In this document: piece by piece, positions 48,496-57,947 of the stretch
Numbering within the stretch: position 1 is the stretch's first letter
How the letters are laid out: every line of letters begins with the position of its first letter
Assembly: GCA_022572465.1 (NCBI GenBank)
Contig: JACZVV010000001.1
Coordinates: forward strand, 2,749 to 66,748
Direction of reading: 5' to 3'
DNA: 64,000 nt
Origin: Chloroflexota bacterium
GTDB lineage: Bacteria > Chloroflexota > Dehalococcoidia > SHYB01
Translations under genes and position numbers: made by a program
Notes under the pieces: model-generated
What the model was told of the DNA's origin: nothing
What the model saw: the letters and a program-made list of their open reading frames with translations, nothing else
Databases searched by the model: none

Positions 48496-49204
48496 CCGGC
48501 CAATCGGTGCGCACCACCGCCGTCCTTCTTTAGCCAGTTAAAACCCGGCTATTCGTCGCGGCGGGGCCGCACGCGCCGCGGCAGATCGGCCATCGCTCTA
48601 TCGAGCAGCCCCGGCCTCTTCATTTTCGCTGGCCGCTTCGCGTTCTCGTCGCGTCGATACGCTTCGACACCCACTGGTCTCGCTTCCTGATATCGCAAGC
48701 CCTCTCCGTACCCCGGTACGTGGCCCCTCTTCGGTGTGGCGTCCGGCTAGCCTCCCTCTTTCGCCGTTATGTTACTGACACCCGTTTGGCTGGCGATTAC
48801 TCGTTGTTCATGCCATTTCCACGATCCTTTTGCCAGTGCTCGATCTTAAGAGCGTCCAATAAAATGCCCCTTGAAGTTGAAACCTTAGCTGAGACGTCAT
48901 GCTGAGCCGCCGCAGGCAAGACGAAGCATGACCGTCATGACCGGTTTTGGTAGACCGTCTTCGTCATCTTGACGATATCGTCTCTGCCGGTTGTATCATC
49001 AATATTCGCGCTCTTTTCCTCTCTTGTCCACAAGTTTCTCCAGTCGTAAATCGGGCTGTTATAAACTCGACCGACAGTCCTGAATGGACATTAATTAGCT
49101 CGGGCCGGTTCGCGGTCGATCGCGTCCCGTTCCGTCCGCAACAAGGCCCCATGTGTGAGCCGTCAAGCGCTCTGTCCCCTTCGGCTCGCAACGCCGCCAC
49201 GCCG

Positions 49205-49927
49205 CTACCGCGCCTCGCCACGCTCGACACGGCGTCGGCGCCACCGGTACGCGCCGGCGATGCCGCCGGTGATGGCCGCCTGCCCCAGCGTCAGGCCCGC
49301 CAGGATCAGCGTCGCGTCCAGGAAAAAGCCCTCGGGGAAGATGCGGATCAGGTTGTCGGTAGCGGGGTTCAGCTGCCACAGATCGTTGGAGAAGCCGATG
49401 ACGTGGAACTGCTCGAACGCGGTCTCGAAGTCCACCAGGGCGGCCAAGCCCGCCGCGACGAACAGCACGCCCGTCAGCGCGCTGCCCCACATGAGCCCCT
49501 GGGTCAGCCGGCCGATCATGCCCCGGCGGCCCCACAGCGCCAGGCCCGCTACGAAGAAGCCGGCCATGTAGTAGAACGAGACCTGCTGCCAGAGCCCCAG
49601 CCCCCGCACAAGCCCCTTCACGTCGGCCATGTGCAGCACCTCCCGCTGCTTGAACAGCGGCTGCTCCCGGCCCGCCACCACCGCCGTCACGTCCAGCGGC
49701 TCCTCCGACGAGTTGAAATAGTGCTTGATCTCCCGCGCGATGCGCATCAGCTCCGGCTTCTCGATGCCCGTTAGCAGCACGACGTCGTGCCGGTCGAAGC
49801 CCGAGCTGTACAGCCACCCGCTGTTGATCACGATGCGAAGGTTCGTCGTAATCAGGAACAGCGGTACCGCCAGCACCAGCACGGCGACGGCAACCACCGA
49901 AACGTAGCGGGATTTCAGCGCGCTCAT
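49205..49927 (-). CDS. DUF1461/TIGR01906 membrane protein (Lit-like)
   Basis: EVLHMADVK and FEQFHVIGFSNDLWQLNPATDNLIRIFPEGFF motifs. Confidence 0.85.
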   Translation of the reverse strand: MSALKSRYVSVVAVAVLVLAVPLFLITTNLRIVINSGWLYSSGFDRHDVVLLTGIEKPELMRIAREIKHYFNSSEEPLDVTAVVAGREQPLFKQREVLHMADVKGLVRGLGLWQQVSFYYMAGFFVAGLALWGRRGMIGRLTQGLMWGSALTGVLFVAAGLAALVDFETAFEQFHVIGFSNDLWQLNPATDNLIRIFPEGFFLDATLILAGLTLGQAAITGGIAGAYRWRRRRVERGEAR

Positions 49928-50021
49928 TCCAACATCTTCGATTGGCCTCATTTCCTTGTCAAGGAGGACGCCCCGCCGTTAGAATGGGATTTCCACAGGC
50001 CCCGGAGGAAGGGAGCCGGCC

Positions 50022-50822
50022 GTGACCGAATACGACGACCTGGAGAGCTTCGATACGTTTCTGGCCATCGTGGCGCGGCTCCGAGGGCCCGGCGGCTGTC
50101 CTTGGGACCGGGAGCAGACCCACGCCTCGCTGCGCAAGTACCTGCTGGAAGAGTGCTACGAAGCGCTGGAGGCCATCGACGCCGGTCCCGGCGCGACGGC
50201 ACGGCTGGCCGAGGAGCTGGGCGACGTGCTGCTCCAGGTCGGCCTGCACGCCCAGATCGGCAGCGACGATGGGCAGTTCTCCATACGCGATGTCCTGCGC
50301 AACATCAACGCCAAGCTTCTCCGCCGGCACCCCCACGTCTTCGGCGACGCGCAGGCGTCCCACCCCGCGGAGGTCGAGGCCATCTGGCAGAAGCTCAAGC
50401 AGAGCGAGGGACACGATCAAGAGTCGGTGTTGGAAGGTGTCCCGAAATCGATGCCCGCGCTGGCGGCAAGCCAGGAGATCCAGGGTCGCGCCGCCCGCAT
50501 GGGGTTCGATTGGCCCGACATGGGCGGAGTGCTGGACAAGGTCCGAGAGGAGCTGGACGAGTTTCGCCAGGCCCGTTCGCCCGAAGAGCTGGAGCACGAG
50601 CTCGGCGACATCCTGGCGGCGCTGGTCAACGTGGGCCGCAAGCTGAACATCGACTCCGAAGGGGCGCTGCGCAAGGGTAACGAGCGGTTCCGGCAGCGGT
50701 TCGGCCACATGGAGCAAGCCGCCCGAAGGCAAGGCCGGGGCCTGGAGGAGCTGCCGCTGGACGAGCAAGAGTCGCTGTGGCAGCAAGCCAAGAGCGAGCT
50801 AGGCGGCGGCCCGCCGGCCTAG
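50022..50822 (+). CDS. mazG: Nucleoside triphosphate pyrophosphohydrolase
   Basis: [26 protein letters not shown] and GFDW motifs. Confidence 0.96.
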   Translation: MTEYDDLESFDTFLAIVARLRGPGGCPWDREQTHASLRKYLLEECYEALEAIDAGPGATARLAEELGDVLLQVGLHAQIGSDDGQFSIRDVLRNINAKLLRRHPHVFGDAQASHPAEVEAIWQKLKQSEGHDQESVLEGVPKSMPALAASQEIQGRAARMGFDWPDMGGVLDKVREELDEFRQARSPEELEHELGDILAALVNVGRKLNIDSEGALRKGNERFRQRFGHMEQAARRQGRGLEELPLDEQESLWQQAKSELGGGPPA

Positions 50823-51079
50823 CTGTCTTCGACTCCCTTGTCTCGAATGAAATCGATGGCGTCCTGGACGGTCACAATCTTCTCGGCATCCTCGTCAGTA
50901 ATCTCGACTTTCACGTCATCGTTGGTGAACTCCTCTTCGAACGCCATGATGAGTTCGACGAGGTCCAGCGAATCGGCATTCAGGTCTTCGGTAAACGATG
51001 CGTTCGGCGTCACCTGGTCGTTCTCGACGCCGAGCTGATCGACGACGACCTGCTTAATTCGTTCGTAGACAGTGGCCAA
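50819..51079 (-). CDS. acpP: Acyl carrier protein
   Basis: [12 protein letters not shown] motif. Confidence 0.96.
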   Translation of the reverse strand: MATVYERIKQVVVDQLGVENDQVTPNASFTEDLNADSLDLVELIMAFEEEFTNDDVKVEITDEDAEKIVTVQDAIDFIRDKGVEDS

Positions 51080-51109
51080 TGGAGCCCTCCGGATCGTCCG
51101 GTTTTCAAG

Positions 51110-51520
51110 CTATGTTTTGACGGTGGCCATAATCGCGCCGAGGACGCCGTTGACGAACCGATGCAAGCTTTCGCTTCCAAACGCCTTCGCCAACTCCACC
51201 GCCTCGTTTATCGCCGCTTTCGGCGGCGTCTTATTATTCATCACAATCTCGAAGATGGCAATACGGAGAATGTTGCGGCCGACCACCGAAAGCTGGTCCA
51301 CGGGCCAGGCCGGCGCGTGCTCTTGGATGAGCGCGTCGATATCGTCCTTGTGCTGAACGACCCCCTCGACAAGCTCCCCGGCCAAAGCCTTGGCCTCCTC
51401 CGGCAACTTGCCCTCCTCCAGAGTCCGCTGGAGCGTCGCCGGAAAGTCGTGGGCGGTGCAGTCCAGCTCGTAGAGCACCTGCAACGCGGCGATCCGTCCT
51501 CTTCTGCGAGTCCCTGGCAT
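51110..51520 (-). CDS. nusB: Transcription antitermination factor
   Basis: RRRGRIAALQVLY, INEAVELAK and FVNGVLG motifs. Confidence 0.95.
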   Translation of the reverse strand: MPGTRRRGRIAALQVLYELDCTAHDFPATLQRTLEEGKLPEEAKALAGELVEGVVQHKDDIDALIQEHAPAWPVDQLSVVGRNILRIAIFEIVMNNKTPPKAAINEAVELAKAFGSESLHRFVNGVLGAIMATVKT

Positions 51521-51527
51521 CGTCTCC

Positions 51528-52271
51528 CTACGCGATGGCCAAACCGCCGTCGACCATCAACACCTGCCCGGTTATATATCCCGCCTCTTCGCTGGCGAGA
51601 AACGCCACCGCTTCCGCCACGTCCTCCGGCGTGCCGAACGCCCCCAGCGGCACCCGGCTCCGCACCTGGTCGCGCTGCGCGTCGTTGAGCCTGCCGGTCA
51701 TCTCAGTCTCGATGAAGCCCGGGGCGACCACGTTCACCGTAATGCTCCTCGTCGCGACCTCCAGCGCCACGCTCCGGGCCAGGCCCACCAGCCCGGCCTT
51801 GGAGGCTGTGTAGTTGGCTTGACCGGCGTTGCCTTTGAGGCCCACCACGCTGCCCATCATGACGATCCGGCCCCATCTTTTGCGGAGCATCGGCTTCAGC
51901 GCGGCCTTGGTGCAAAGGAACGCGCCGGTGAGGTTCGTCGCCAGCACGTCGTCCCACTCCGCGGACGACATCCGCAGCAGAAGGGTGTCCCGGTTGATGC
52001 CGGCGTTGTTGATCAAGATATCCAGCGAACCGTGGGCGGCGTTCACCTCGGCGACCAGACGCTCGGCCTCTTCCGGCCGGCGGATGTCAGCGACGTGGGT
52101 CGAGCAGCGCCCGCCTGCCGCTCGCACCGCTTGCTCGGCGGCGGACACGTCGCGGGTGGCGTTCAGGGCGACCGTGGCGCCCGCAGTGGCCAGGCGGACG
52201 GCAATAGACCGCCCGATGCCGCGGCTGCTGCCGGTGACGAGAGCGACCTTTCCCGCGAGGTCCGAGGCCAC
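51528..52271 (-). CDS. fabG: 3-oxoacyl-ACP reductase
   Basis: TGSSRGIG, NNAGI and GQANYTASK motifs; fab operon context. Confidence 0.95.
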   Translation of the reverse strand: MASDLAGKVALVTGSSRGIGRSIAVRLATAGATVALNATRDVSAAEQAVRAAGGRCSTHVADIRRPEEAERLVAEVNAAHGSLDILINNAGINRDTLLLRMSSAEWDDVLATNLTGAFLCTKAALKPMLRKRWGRIVMMGSVVGLKGNAGQANYTASKAGLVGLARSVALEVATRSITVNVVAPGFIETEMTGRLNDAQRDQVRSRVPLGAFGTPEDVAEAVAFLASEEAGYITGQVLMVDGGLAIA

Positions 52272-52285
52272 CTGCGTCTCCGAGC

Positions 52286-53236
52286 TTAGTTGTTTGCGCC
52301 TCGAACCGAGGCCATGGAGCCGATGTTGAAGGTCTGGGCGCCCTTGGCGATGCGTTTGACCAGCCCCGTAAGAACGTTGCCCGGTCCGATCTCCAGAAAC
52401 GTCTGGACACCGTTGTCGGTCATGTACTGTATCGACTTGGACCACTGGACGCAGCGGCAAATCTGCGCCTGAAGCTCCTGGTGAATCGCCGCCTGGTCGG
52501 CGAGCGGCTCGCCGGTGCCGTTGCTGATCACGGGGATGGCCGGCGAAGCGAACTGAGCCCTGCCCAGAGCGCGCACCAGGCCGGGCACCGCGGGCGCCAT
52601 GAGGCTGGAATGAAAGGCGCCGCTCACCACCAGGGGAACTGCCCGCCTGGCGCCCATCGCCTTTGAAAGGTCGAGGGCTTCGACGAGGGCCTGCTTCGCG
52701 CCGCTGATGACGATCTGGCCGTCGGTGTTGATGTTGGCGATCTCCGCGCCCGTCTGCTGGCAGAGCTGCTCCACCAGGGCCAGGTCCAGACCCAGAATCG
52801 CCGCCATGCCGCCCTCTCTGACCTGGCCCGCCTCGTGCATCAGCCGACCCCGCTCCCGGACCAGCCGCAGCGCGTCCTCGAACGTCAGCGAGCCGGCAGC
52901 CACCAGGGCGGTGTACTCGCCCAGGCTGTGGCCCGCGACGAACCGTGGCGTCTCCGGCGATTCGTATCCCCGGGCCTCGGCCATGGCCGCCAGCGCCGCC
53001 ATGCTGGTCGTCAAGATCGCCGGCTGCGCATTCACCGTCTCGCGCAGCTCTTCCTCCGAACCGGAGAAGCAGAGTTTGGTCAAAGGGAAGCCGAGAATCT
53101 CATCGGCCTGGTCGAAGACCTGCCTCGCGGTGGGCGACTCCTCATAGAGGTCCCGGCCCATTCCAACGGTCTGGGAGCCCTGTCCCGGGAAGATATACGC
53201 GACCTTTGTCGATTCTTGGGTGGCTGCGCTGCTCAT
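52286..53236 (-). CDS. fabD: Malonyl-CoA:ACP transacylase
   Basis: FPGQGSQ, GHSLGEY and SGAFHS motifs. Confidence 0.96.
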   Translation of the reverse strand: MSSAATQESTKVAYIFPGQGSQTVGMGRDLYEESPTARQVFDQADEILGFPLTKLCFSGSEEELRETVNAQPAILTTSMAALAAMAEARGYESPETPRFVAGHSLGEYTALVAAGSLTFEDALRLVRERGRLMHEAGQVREGGMAAILGLDLALVEQLCQQTGAEIANINTDGQIVISGAKQALVEALDLSKAMGARRAVPLVVSGAFHSSLMAPAVPGLVRALGRAQFASPAIPVISNGTGEPLADQAAIHQELQAQICRCVQWSKSIQYMTDNGVQTFLEIGPGNVLTGLVKRIAKGAQTFNIGSMASVRGANN

Positions 53237-53291
53237 AAGTCCCCCCTTACAGCTGGCCGTCGCCCTTGATTGCGTTGCGAAGATGTCGTCT

Positions 53292-53483
53292 CTACTCAGG
53301 TGTCTCTTTCACCGGCAGAACGTCTCTTCCGGCGTAGGTGCCACAAACCGTGCAGACCCTGTGCGGCAGTTTGGGGCTTGCGCATTGCGGGCAGCGGCTG
53401 ATGTTCAAGGGCCGCAACCCAAGATGGGCCCGGTGACTGCGGTGGCTGGCTTTGGAGCGTTTTCGTTTCGGAAGGGGAGCCAT
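53292..53483 (-). CDS. rpmF: 50S ribosomal protein L32
   Basis: MAPLPKRKRSK...CPQC...PHRVC..CG.Y. Confidence 0.95.
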   Translation of the reverse strand: MAPLPKRKRSKASHRSHRAHLGLRPLNISRCPQCASPKLPHRVCTVCGTYAGRDVLPVKETPE

Positions 53484-53498
53484 CAGGTCAGGTCCTTA

Positions 53499-54023
53499 CT
53501 ACGGAGCGCCGCCGATCTCGAGCCGGATCCCGGCGAGCTTGTCCCATCTCGAGTCCGATCCACCGGCCGGGCATTCGCATGGCCTGAACCGCAGCTGGGC
53601 TCCGCACGTGGCGCAGATTCCGGGGCAGTCCTCGGCACACAGAGGCTTCATCGGCAAGTCCGCCAAGATATCCTGCGCGACAAGCTTGCTCAGGTCCAGA
53701 ATGTGCCGTTCGTCGATCGTTAGGACGGCGTCGCTCGCTTCATCGACGCGCGAACCATCCTCCACGTCAACAGACGGCCAGAACTCTTCGGCGATATCGA
53801 ACCGCGCGGGGTACTCGAACCGATCGAGACATCGGCTGCACGTACACGCCGCCGACGCCTGTCCGCGCGCCAGCGCCAGGATCCCTTTGTTGGTGCGAAT
53901 CAGCCGCACGGAGCCGGTAATGCCGCTGGCAAGGCCAGCGAGCTGCCGGCCCTCGTCGTCGAACGCATACCGGCAATCAGTCCCGGTAGGAGACCTCAGC
54001 AGCTGTGCAACGTTCCACTTCAC
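53499..54023 (-). CDS. yceD: DUF177/YceD family protein
   Basis: CSRCL, PMKPLC..DCPGIC..CG and DSRW..L motifs; upstream of rpmF. Confidence 0.9.
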   Translation of the reverse strand: MKWNVAQLLRSPTGTDCRYAFDDEGRQLAGLASGITGSVRLIRTNKGILALARGQASAACTCSRCLDRFEYPARFDIAEEFWPSVDVEDGSRVDEASDAVLTIDERHILDLSKLVAQDILADLPMKPLCAEDCPGICATCGAQLRFRPCECPAGGSDSRWDKLAGIRLEIGGAP

Positions 54024-54060
54024 GCCTCACCACGCTCTCAATCACAAGTAAAACGCGGCC

Positions 54061-54090
54061 ATTATAAGGAGCCGCTAAACTTGGTGTCAA
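54061..54090 (-). promoter_or_regulatory. Consensus sigma70 promoter of the yceD-rpmF-fab operon
   Basis: TTGACA-18bp-TATAAT. Confidence 0.75.
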
Positions 54091-54238
54091 CTAAGGATTG
54101 GGGCATTTCCCCCAAACTCCGTTCCGAATTCTAACAAAGACTTACGAAAAGCGCAACAGGGTAGCTGCTTCGTTGACACCCCATGGGGGCCGCCCTATGA
54201 TGGCCCGGGCCGCGCGTCGGCGCGATTGGGAAGGACCG

Positions 54239-55030
54239 ATGACCTACCAATATATTCTTTATGCCGTGGCGGACGGTGTAGCCACCATCACCTTGAATCG
54301 CCCGGAAAAGCTCAACGCGCTGCTTGAAGAGACGCAGCCGGAGTTCATCGACGCGATGCGGCGCGCCCGGACCGACACCGACGTGCGCGTCCTGGTGGTG
54401 ACCGGCGCCGGCCGGGCCTTTTGCTCCGGCGCCGACGTTGCCCGCCTTAACCGGCAGATGGAAGGCGGATCGGCCCACGAGCTCAAGAAACCTACCGAGC
54501 CTGTGGGCGCCTTTTTGATCCCTCTCCACGAGTTTCCCAAGCCCACGATCGCCTCGGTGAACGGCCTCGCGGTCGGCGCCGGCGTCTCCCTGGCGCTGGC
54601 CTGCGAGATGCGGATCGCGTCGGACCGGGCCCGCCTCGTCCCGGCGTGGGTATCCCGTGGCCTCGCCCCGGACGCCGGCGCGACCTGGTTCCTGCCCCGT
54701 ATCGTCGGCGTCGCCAAGGCCGTCGAGTTGCTCTACACCGCGAAGCCGCTGGAAGCGCAGGAGGCCCTCAGCCTCGGCATCTACAATCGCGTGGTCGAGC
54801 ATTCGCGCTTGGGCGAAGCGACGCTGGAGCTGGCCCACGCCATCGCCAAAGGCCCGCCCGTGGCTATCGAGTTCACCAAGCGGGCCGTCCATCGCGGCAT
54901 GACCAAATCTCTCGCCGACGCGATGGACTACGAGACCCACGCCCAGTACACCTGCTTCGCCACCGACGATTTCAAGGAAGCCGTGACCGCTTTCCGGGAG
55001 AAACGCGAGCCCCACTTCACCGGGCGGTAG
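54239..55030 (+). CDS. Enoyl-CoA hydratase/isomerase
   Basis: LNRPEKLNAL, FCSGAD and NGLAVGAG motifs. Confidence 0.93.
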   Translation: MTYQYILYAVADGVATITLNRPEKLNALLEETQPEFIDAMRRARTDTDVRVLVVTGAGRAFCSGADVARLNRQMEGGSAHELKKPTEPVGAFLIPLHEFPKPTIASVNGLAVGAGVSLALACEMRIASDRARLVPAWVSRGLAPDAGATWFLPRIVGVAKAVELLYTAKPLEAQEALSLGIYNRVVEHSRLGEATLELAHAIAKGPPVAIEFTKRAVHRGMTKSLADAMDYETHAQYTCFATDDFKEAVTAFREKREPHFTGR

Positions 55031-55058
55031 CCCACGAGCGTCTCCGGCGGCGGTCTTC

Positions 55059-55634
55059 GTGCGCCCGGACGTGCCATCGGGCCCTTGCGCGCCACCCTCA
55101 CCTCAAGAATACACTCGCCTCGTGCCTCCTCGCGCGCAACGCGTCGCCGCCGCCGTGCGGCGCCGCCTTGGATTCATGCAGCCGCCGGCCAACCCGGCGA
55201 TGTTGCTCGCCCACGCTCCCATCGACGTCGTGGTCCTGGATTGGCCTCCGGAGCTGTCGGGGGTCCTGGTGATGCGCCCCCACGGTCCGGTCATCGGGCT
55301 CAACCGGCGGCATAGCCCGGAACGACGGCATTTTTCGTTCTGGCACGAGGTGGGGCATTACCTCATCCATCGGCCTCGGCTTCCCAGCGGACTCCTCGCC
55401 TGCCCTCACCCGGCCAGTCCCCGCACGGCCGATCTCGAGCTGGAGCGCGAGGCCGACATATTCGCGGCCAACGTCATGATGCCGGCCGACTGGGTCCGCC
55501 GGTCCCACCGGCGGCAGTCCACCCTCCAAGCTCTCGCCCGCGACTTCGGCGTCACGCCCACGGCGATGATGCGGCGGCTGCGCGAGCTCGGCCTCCGGCC
55601 CGTGGCCAGCACCGCCGCCGGCGGATTCCGTTGA
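55059..55634 (+). CDS. ImmA/IrrE family Zn metallopeptidase
   Basis: RRHFSFWHEVGH and EREADIFAANVMMP motifs; start uncertain. Confidence 0.82.
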   Translation: MRPDVPSGPCAPPSPQEYTRLVPPRAQRVAAAVRRRLGFMQPPANPAMLLAHAPIDVVVLDWPPELSGVLVMRPHGPVIGLNRRHSPERRHFSFWHEVGHYLIHRPRLPSGLLACPHPASPRTADLELEREADIFAANVMMPADWVRRSHRRQSTLQALARDFGVTPTAMMRRLRELGLRPVASTAAGGFR

Positions 55635-55730
55635 CCGCCGTCTCTCTCCTCGCCACCCTGATTCGAGCATCCGCCTCCCTCGCTCGGCCGGTTTGACACG
55701 CGCATCCGGTTGCCCCAATGTATCTTTGCA

Positions 55731-56360
55731 ATGGAACCGCCCGCTCCCGGCGAACGACCCCATCTCTTGGGCCGCCATCTCCACTCCGCCGAGCGGATCG
55801 ACGGCAGCGACGCGTCTGCGCGTGCATCGTGGGCCTGGATCGTCCCGGCGCTGGCAGCGTGCGCCTTGGCCCTATCGTTGGCGACGGCGCAGCCCGCTTC
55901 GGCACAACAGTTCGAGGGCCAGCTCGCCAAGGGGGCCAGCGGTCCGTACGAGATCACCGTCTTCGCCAACCCGACGTCGCCCCTCGCCGGCCTGGGCTCC
56001 CGCATCACCGTGGAGGTCGTCACCACCGCCGACGGGCAACCCGCGACCGACGTCGATGTCTTGATCATCATGACCCGGCCCGACGGCACCTTGGCCGGCG
56101 AGGTCGAAGCGGTGCGGTTGCCCACGAATCCCCAGTTCTACCAGGTCCCGGTGACCCTCGACGAACCCGGGACGTGGAGCTTCACGGCGGCGATCGAGAG
56201 CCCGTTGGGGCTGGGAACCGTCGATGGGTCCCTGCTCGTCAGAGAGAGAAACACGTCCGGCCTCTCGGGGGAAATCCTCTGGGGCATCGTCATGCTCGTC
56301 CTCGTCGCCGGCGGCTTGGCCGTGTGGCTCACCGCGCGACGTCGCGGCGCTCAGGCATAG
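55731..56360 (+). CDS. Exported Ig-like (YtkA/FixH-like) protein with C-terminal membrane anchor
   Basis: Signal peptide ending ASA; GPYEITV and EPGTWSF; C-terminal transmembrane helix followed by RRR; start uncertain. Confidence 0.55.
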   Translation: MEPPAPGERPHLLGRHLHSAERIDGSDASARASWAWIVPALAACALALSLATAQPASAQQFEGQLAKGASGPYEITVFANPTSPLAGLGSRITVEVVTTADGQPATDVDVLIIMTRPDGTLAGEVEAVRLPTNPQFYQVPVTLDEPGTWSFTAAIESPLGLGTVDGSLLVRERNTSGLSGEILWGIVMLVLVAGGLAVWLTARRRGAQA

Positions 56361-56445
56361 CCTGCCGCGATGGCGGTCCTCACGCTCCGTGGCCCCCCCG
56401 AGAGGCCGGTGTTACAATGAGCCCACATCTGGGAGACCGATTCTG

Positions 56446-57177
56446 GTGAGCGCCTCGCATCTTTCATCCTCCGAGATCTGCGCCGCCCTCCAGCACGGCG
56501 GGATCATTGCACACCGGCCCTTTCGGACCGGCTGGAACTCGAACTTTCTTCTCGAAATCGACTGCGGCGGGTCGTCAAGCTGCTCGGCCATCTACAAGCC
56601 CCAGCGAGGCGAGGCCCATCTGTGGGACTATCCCCCAGGCACGCTGTTCCAACGAGAGTATCTGGCCTATCGGGTGAACCAGGTGTTGGGCTGGAACCAG
56701 GTCCCCCCGACGGTGATTCGCGACGGTCCCCACGGCGTGGGCTCGGTCCAGCTCATGGTCGACGCCGAAGAGGGACGCCACTTCTTCAACCTGGCCGACG
56801 AACACAAAGACGCCATGATTCAAATGGCCGTGTTCGATTGCCTGATCAACAACGCCGACCGCAAAGGGGGCCATGTCTTGCTCGACGCCCAGGGACATAT
56901 CTGGGCGATCGACCACGGCCTGTCCTTCACCGCCGAGCCGAAGCTGCGGACCGTGATGTGGGACCTTTGCGACGAGCCCGTGCCCGAGCTCCACAAGGAG
57001 CGAGTCCTCGGCCTGCTGAACGACGAGGCCCTGCGAGCCGAAGTCACGCCCAACCTTCAGCGCGACGAGGTCGAGGCGCTTTATGAGCGTGCCGCCTGTC
57101 TGCTCACCTGGCCGACCATTCCCATGGACCGATACGCCGACCGAGTCCTGCGGCCCTATCCGTGGCCGCCGATCTAG
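56446..57177 (+). CDS. SCO1664 family protein (PI3/4-kinase-like fold)
   Basis: AIYKP.RGE..LWD, RDGPHG.GSVQ, NNADRKGGH and IDHGL motifs. Confidence 0.88.
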   Translation: MSASHLSSSEICAALQHGGIIAHRPFRTGWNSNFLLEIDCGGSSSCSAIYKPQRGEAHLWDYPPGTLFQREYLAYRVNQVLGWNQVPPTVIRDGPHGVGSVQLMVDAEEGRHFFNLADEHKDAMIQMAVFDCLINNADRKGGHVLLDAQGHIWAIDHGLSFTAEPKLRTVMWDLCDEPVPELHKERVLGLLNDEALRAEVTPNLQRDEVEALYERAACLLTWPTIPMDRYADRVLRPYPWPPI

Positions 57178-57197
57178 CGTCAAGGAGGCGCCGCGTC

Positions 57198-57395
57198 ATG
57201 CCACGCTGTGAGTACCCGCGATGCGACCGCATCGTGCGTGACCCCAACAAGTACCGCCTCTGCCACGTCCACGCGGACATGGCCGAGTTTTTTACCTGGT
57301 TCTCCGATTACCTTCGCCGGGTGGAAAAGATCGCCGGTAGAGGGGCCTCGATGCGCTCCAGCGGCCTCGTGGTCCCACCGGGCGCCACCAGCTGA
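57198..57395 (+). CDS. Small Cys/His-rich hypothetical protein
   Basis: AAGGAGG RBS; MPRCEYPRC...LCHVH, a possible Zn finger. Confidence 0.55.
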   Translation: MPRCEYPRCDRIVRDPNKYRLCHVHADMAEFFTWFSDYLRRVEKIAGRGASMRSSGLVVPPGATS

Positions 57396-57454
57396 CCGCG
57401 TCCCACCGGGCGCCACCAGCTGACCGCGTCCCACCGGGCGCCACAGCTGACCGC
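57372..57454. repeat. Triple tandem repeat of 28 bp spanning a stop codon
   Basis: GTCCCACCGGGCGCCACCAGCTGACCGC twice, plus a third copy lacking one C. Confidence 0.92.
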
Positions 57455-57530
57455 TGGGCGTGATTGGTTCACCCGGCCGCGTCTTGCCGGCGGCGCCCGG
57501 GTCGTCGGAGCCGGCGAACGCATGCCCTTA

Positions 57531-57594
57531 TTGACAGCGGGCCTCAGCCGTTGGTAGAGTGGGGATGTTAGCACTCGGCAGGACTGAGTGCTAA
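57531..57594 (+). promoter_or_regulatory. Promoter followed by a perfect CIRCE (HrcA operator)
   Basis: TTGACA-18bp-TAGAGT, then TTAGCACTC-N9-GAGTGCTAA at 57568-57594. Confidence 0.93.
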
Positions 57595-57615
57595 TTCATT
57601 TGTCAAGGACAACCC

Positions 57616-57930
57616 ATGCCCCTATACGAATACGAATGCCCCAGCGAGCATCGCTTCGAGTTGCGACAGAGCTTCGACTCCGAGCCTCGGGCCGTCTGCC
57701 CCACCTGTGAATCCGATTCTCGCCGCCTTATTCTGGCGGTGCCCGTCCACTACAAGGGCAGCGGCTTCTACACCACCGACTACGGCCGCTCCGATGCCGG
57801 CAGCGATGAGTCCACCAGCGACTCCTCAAAGGAATCGGACGGCGCCAAGAAGTCCAAGGACTCGACCGAAGCGAAGTCCGAGACCAGCGCCTCGTCGACA
57901 GCCACCAAAGACGGCGGCGACGACTCCTAG
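57616..57930 (+). CDS. FmdB family zinc-ribbon protein
   Basis: MPLYEYEC...CPTC...YKGSGFYTTDY; Ser/Lys/Asp-rich tail. Confidence 0.9.
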   Translation: MPLYEYECPSEHRFELRQSFDSEPRAVCPTCESDSRRLILAVPVHYKGSGFYTTDYGRSDAGSDESTSDSSKESDGAKKSKDSTEAKSETSASSTATKDGGDDS

Positions 57931-57947
57931 CCCCGGGAGGCGCAGCT

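Noticed and set aside
57372..57454. Possible CRISPR array (28-bp repeats)
   Set aside because: The repeats are head-to-tail with no spacers, and there are no cas genes in the window.
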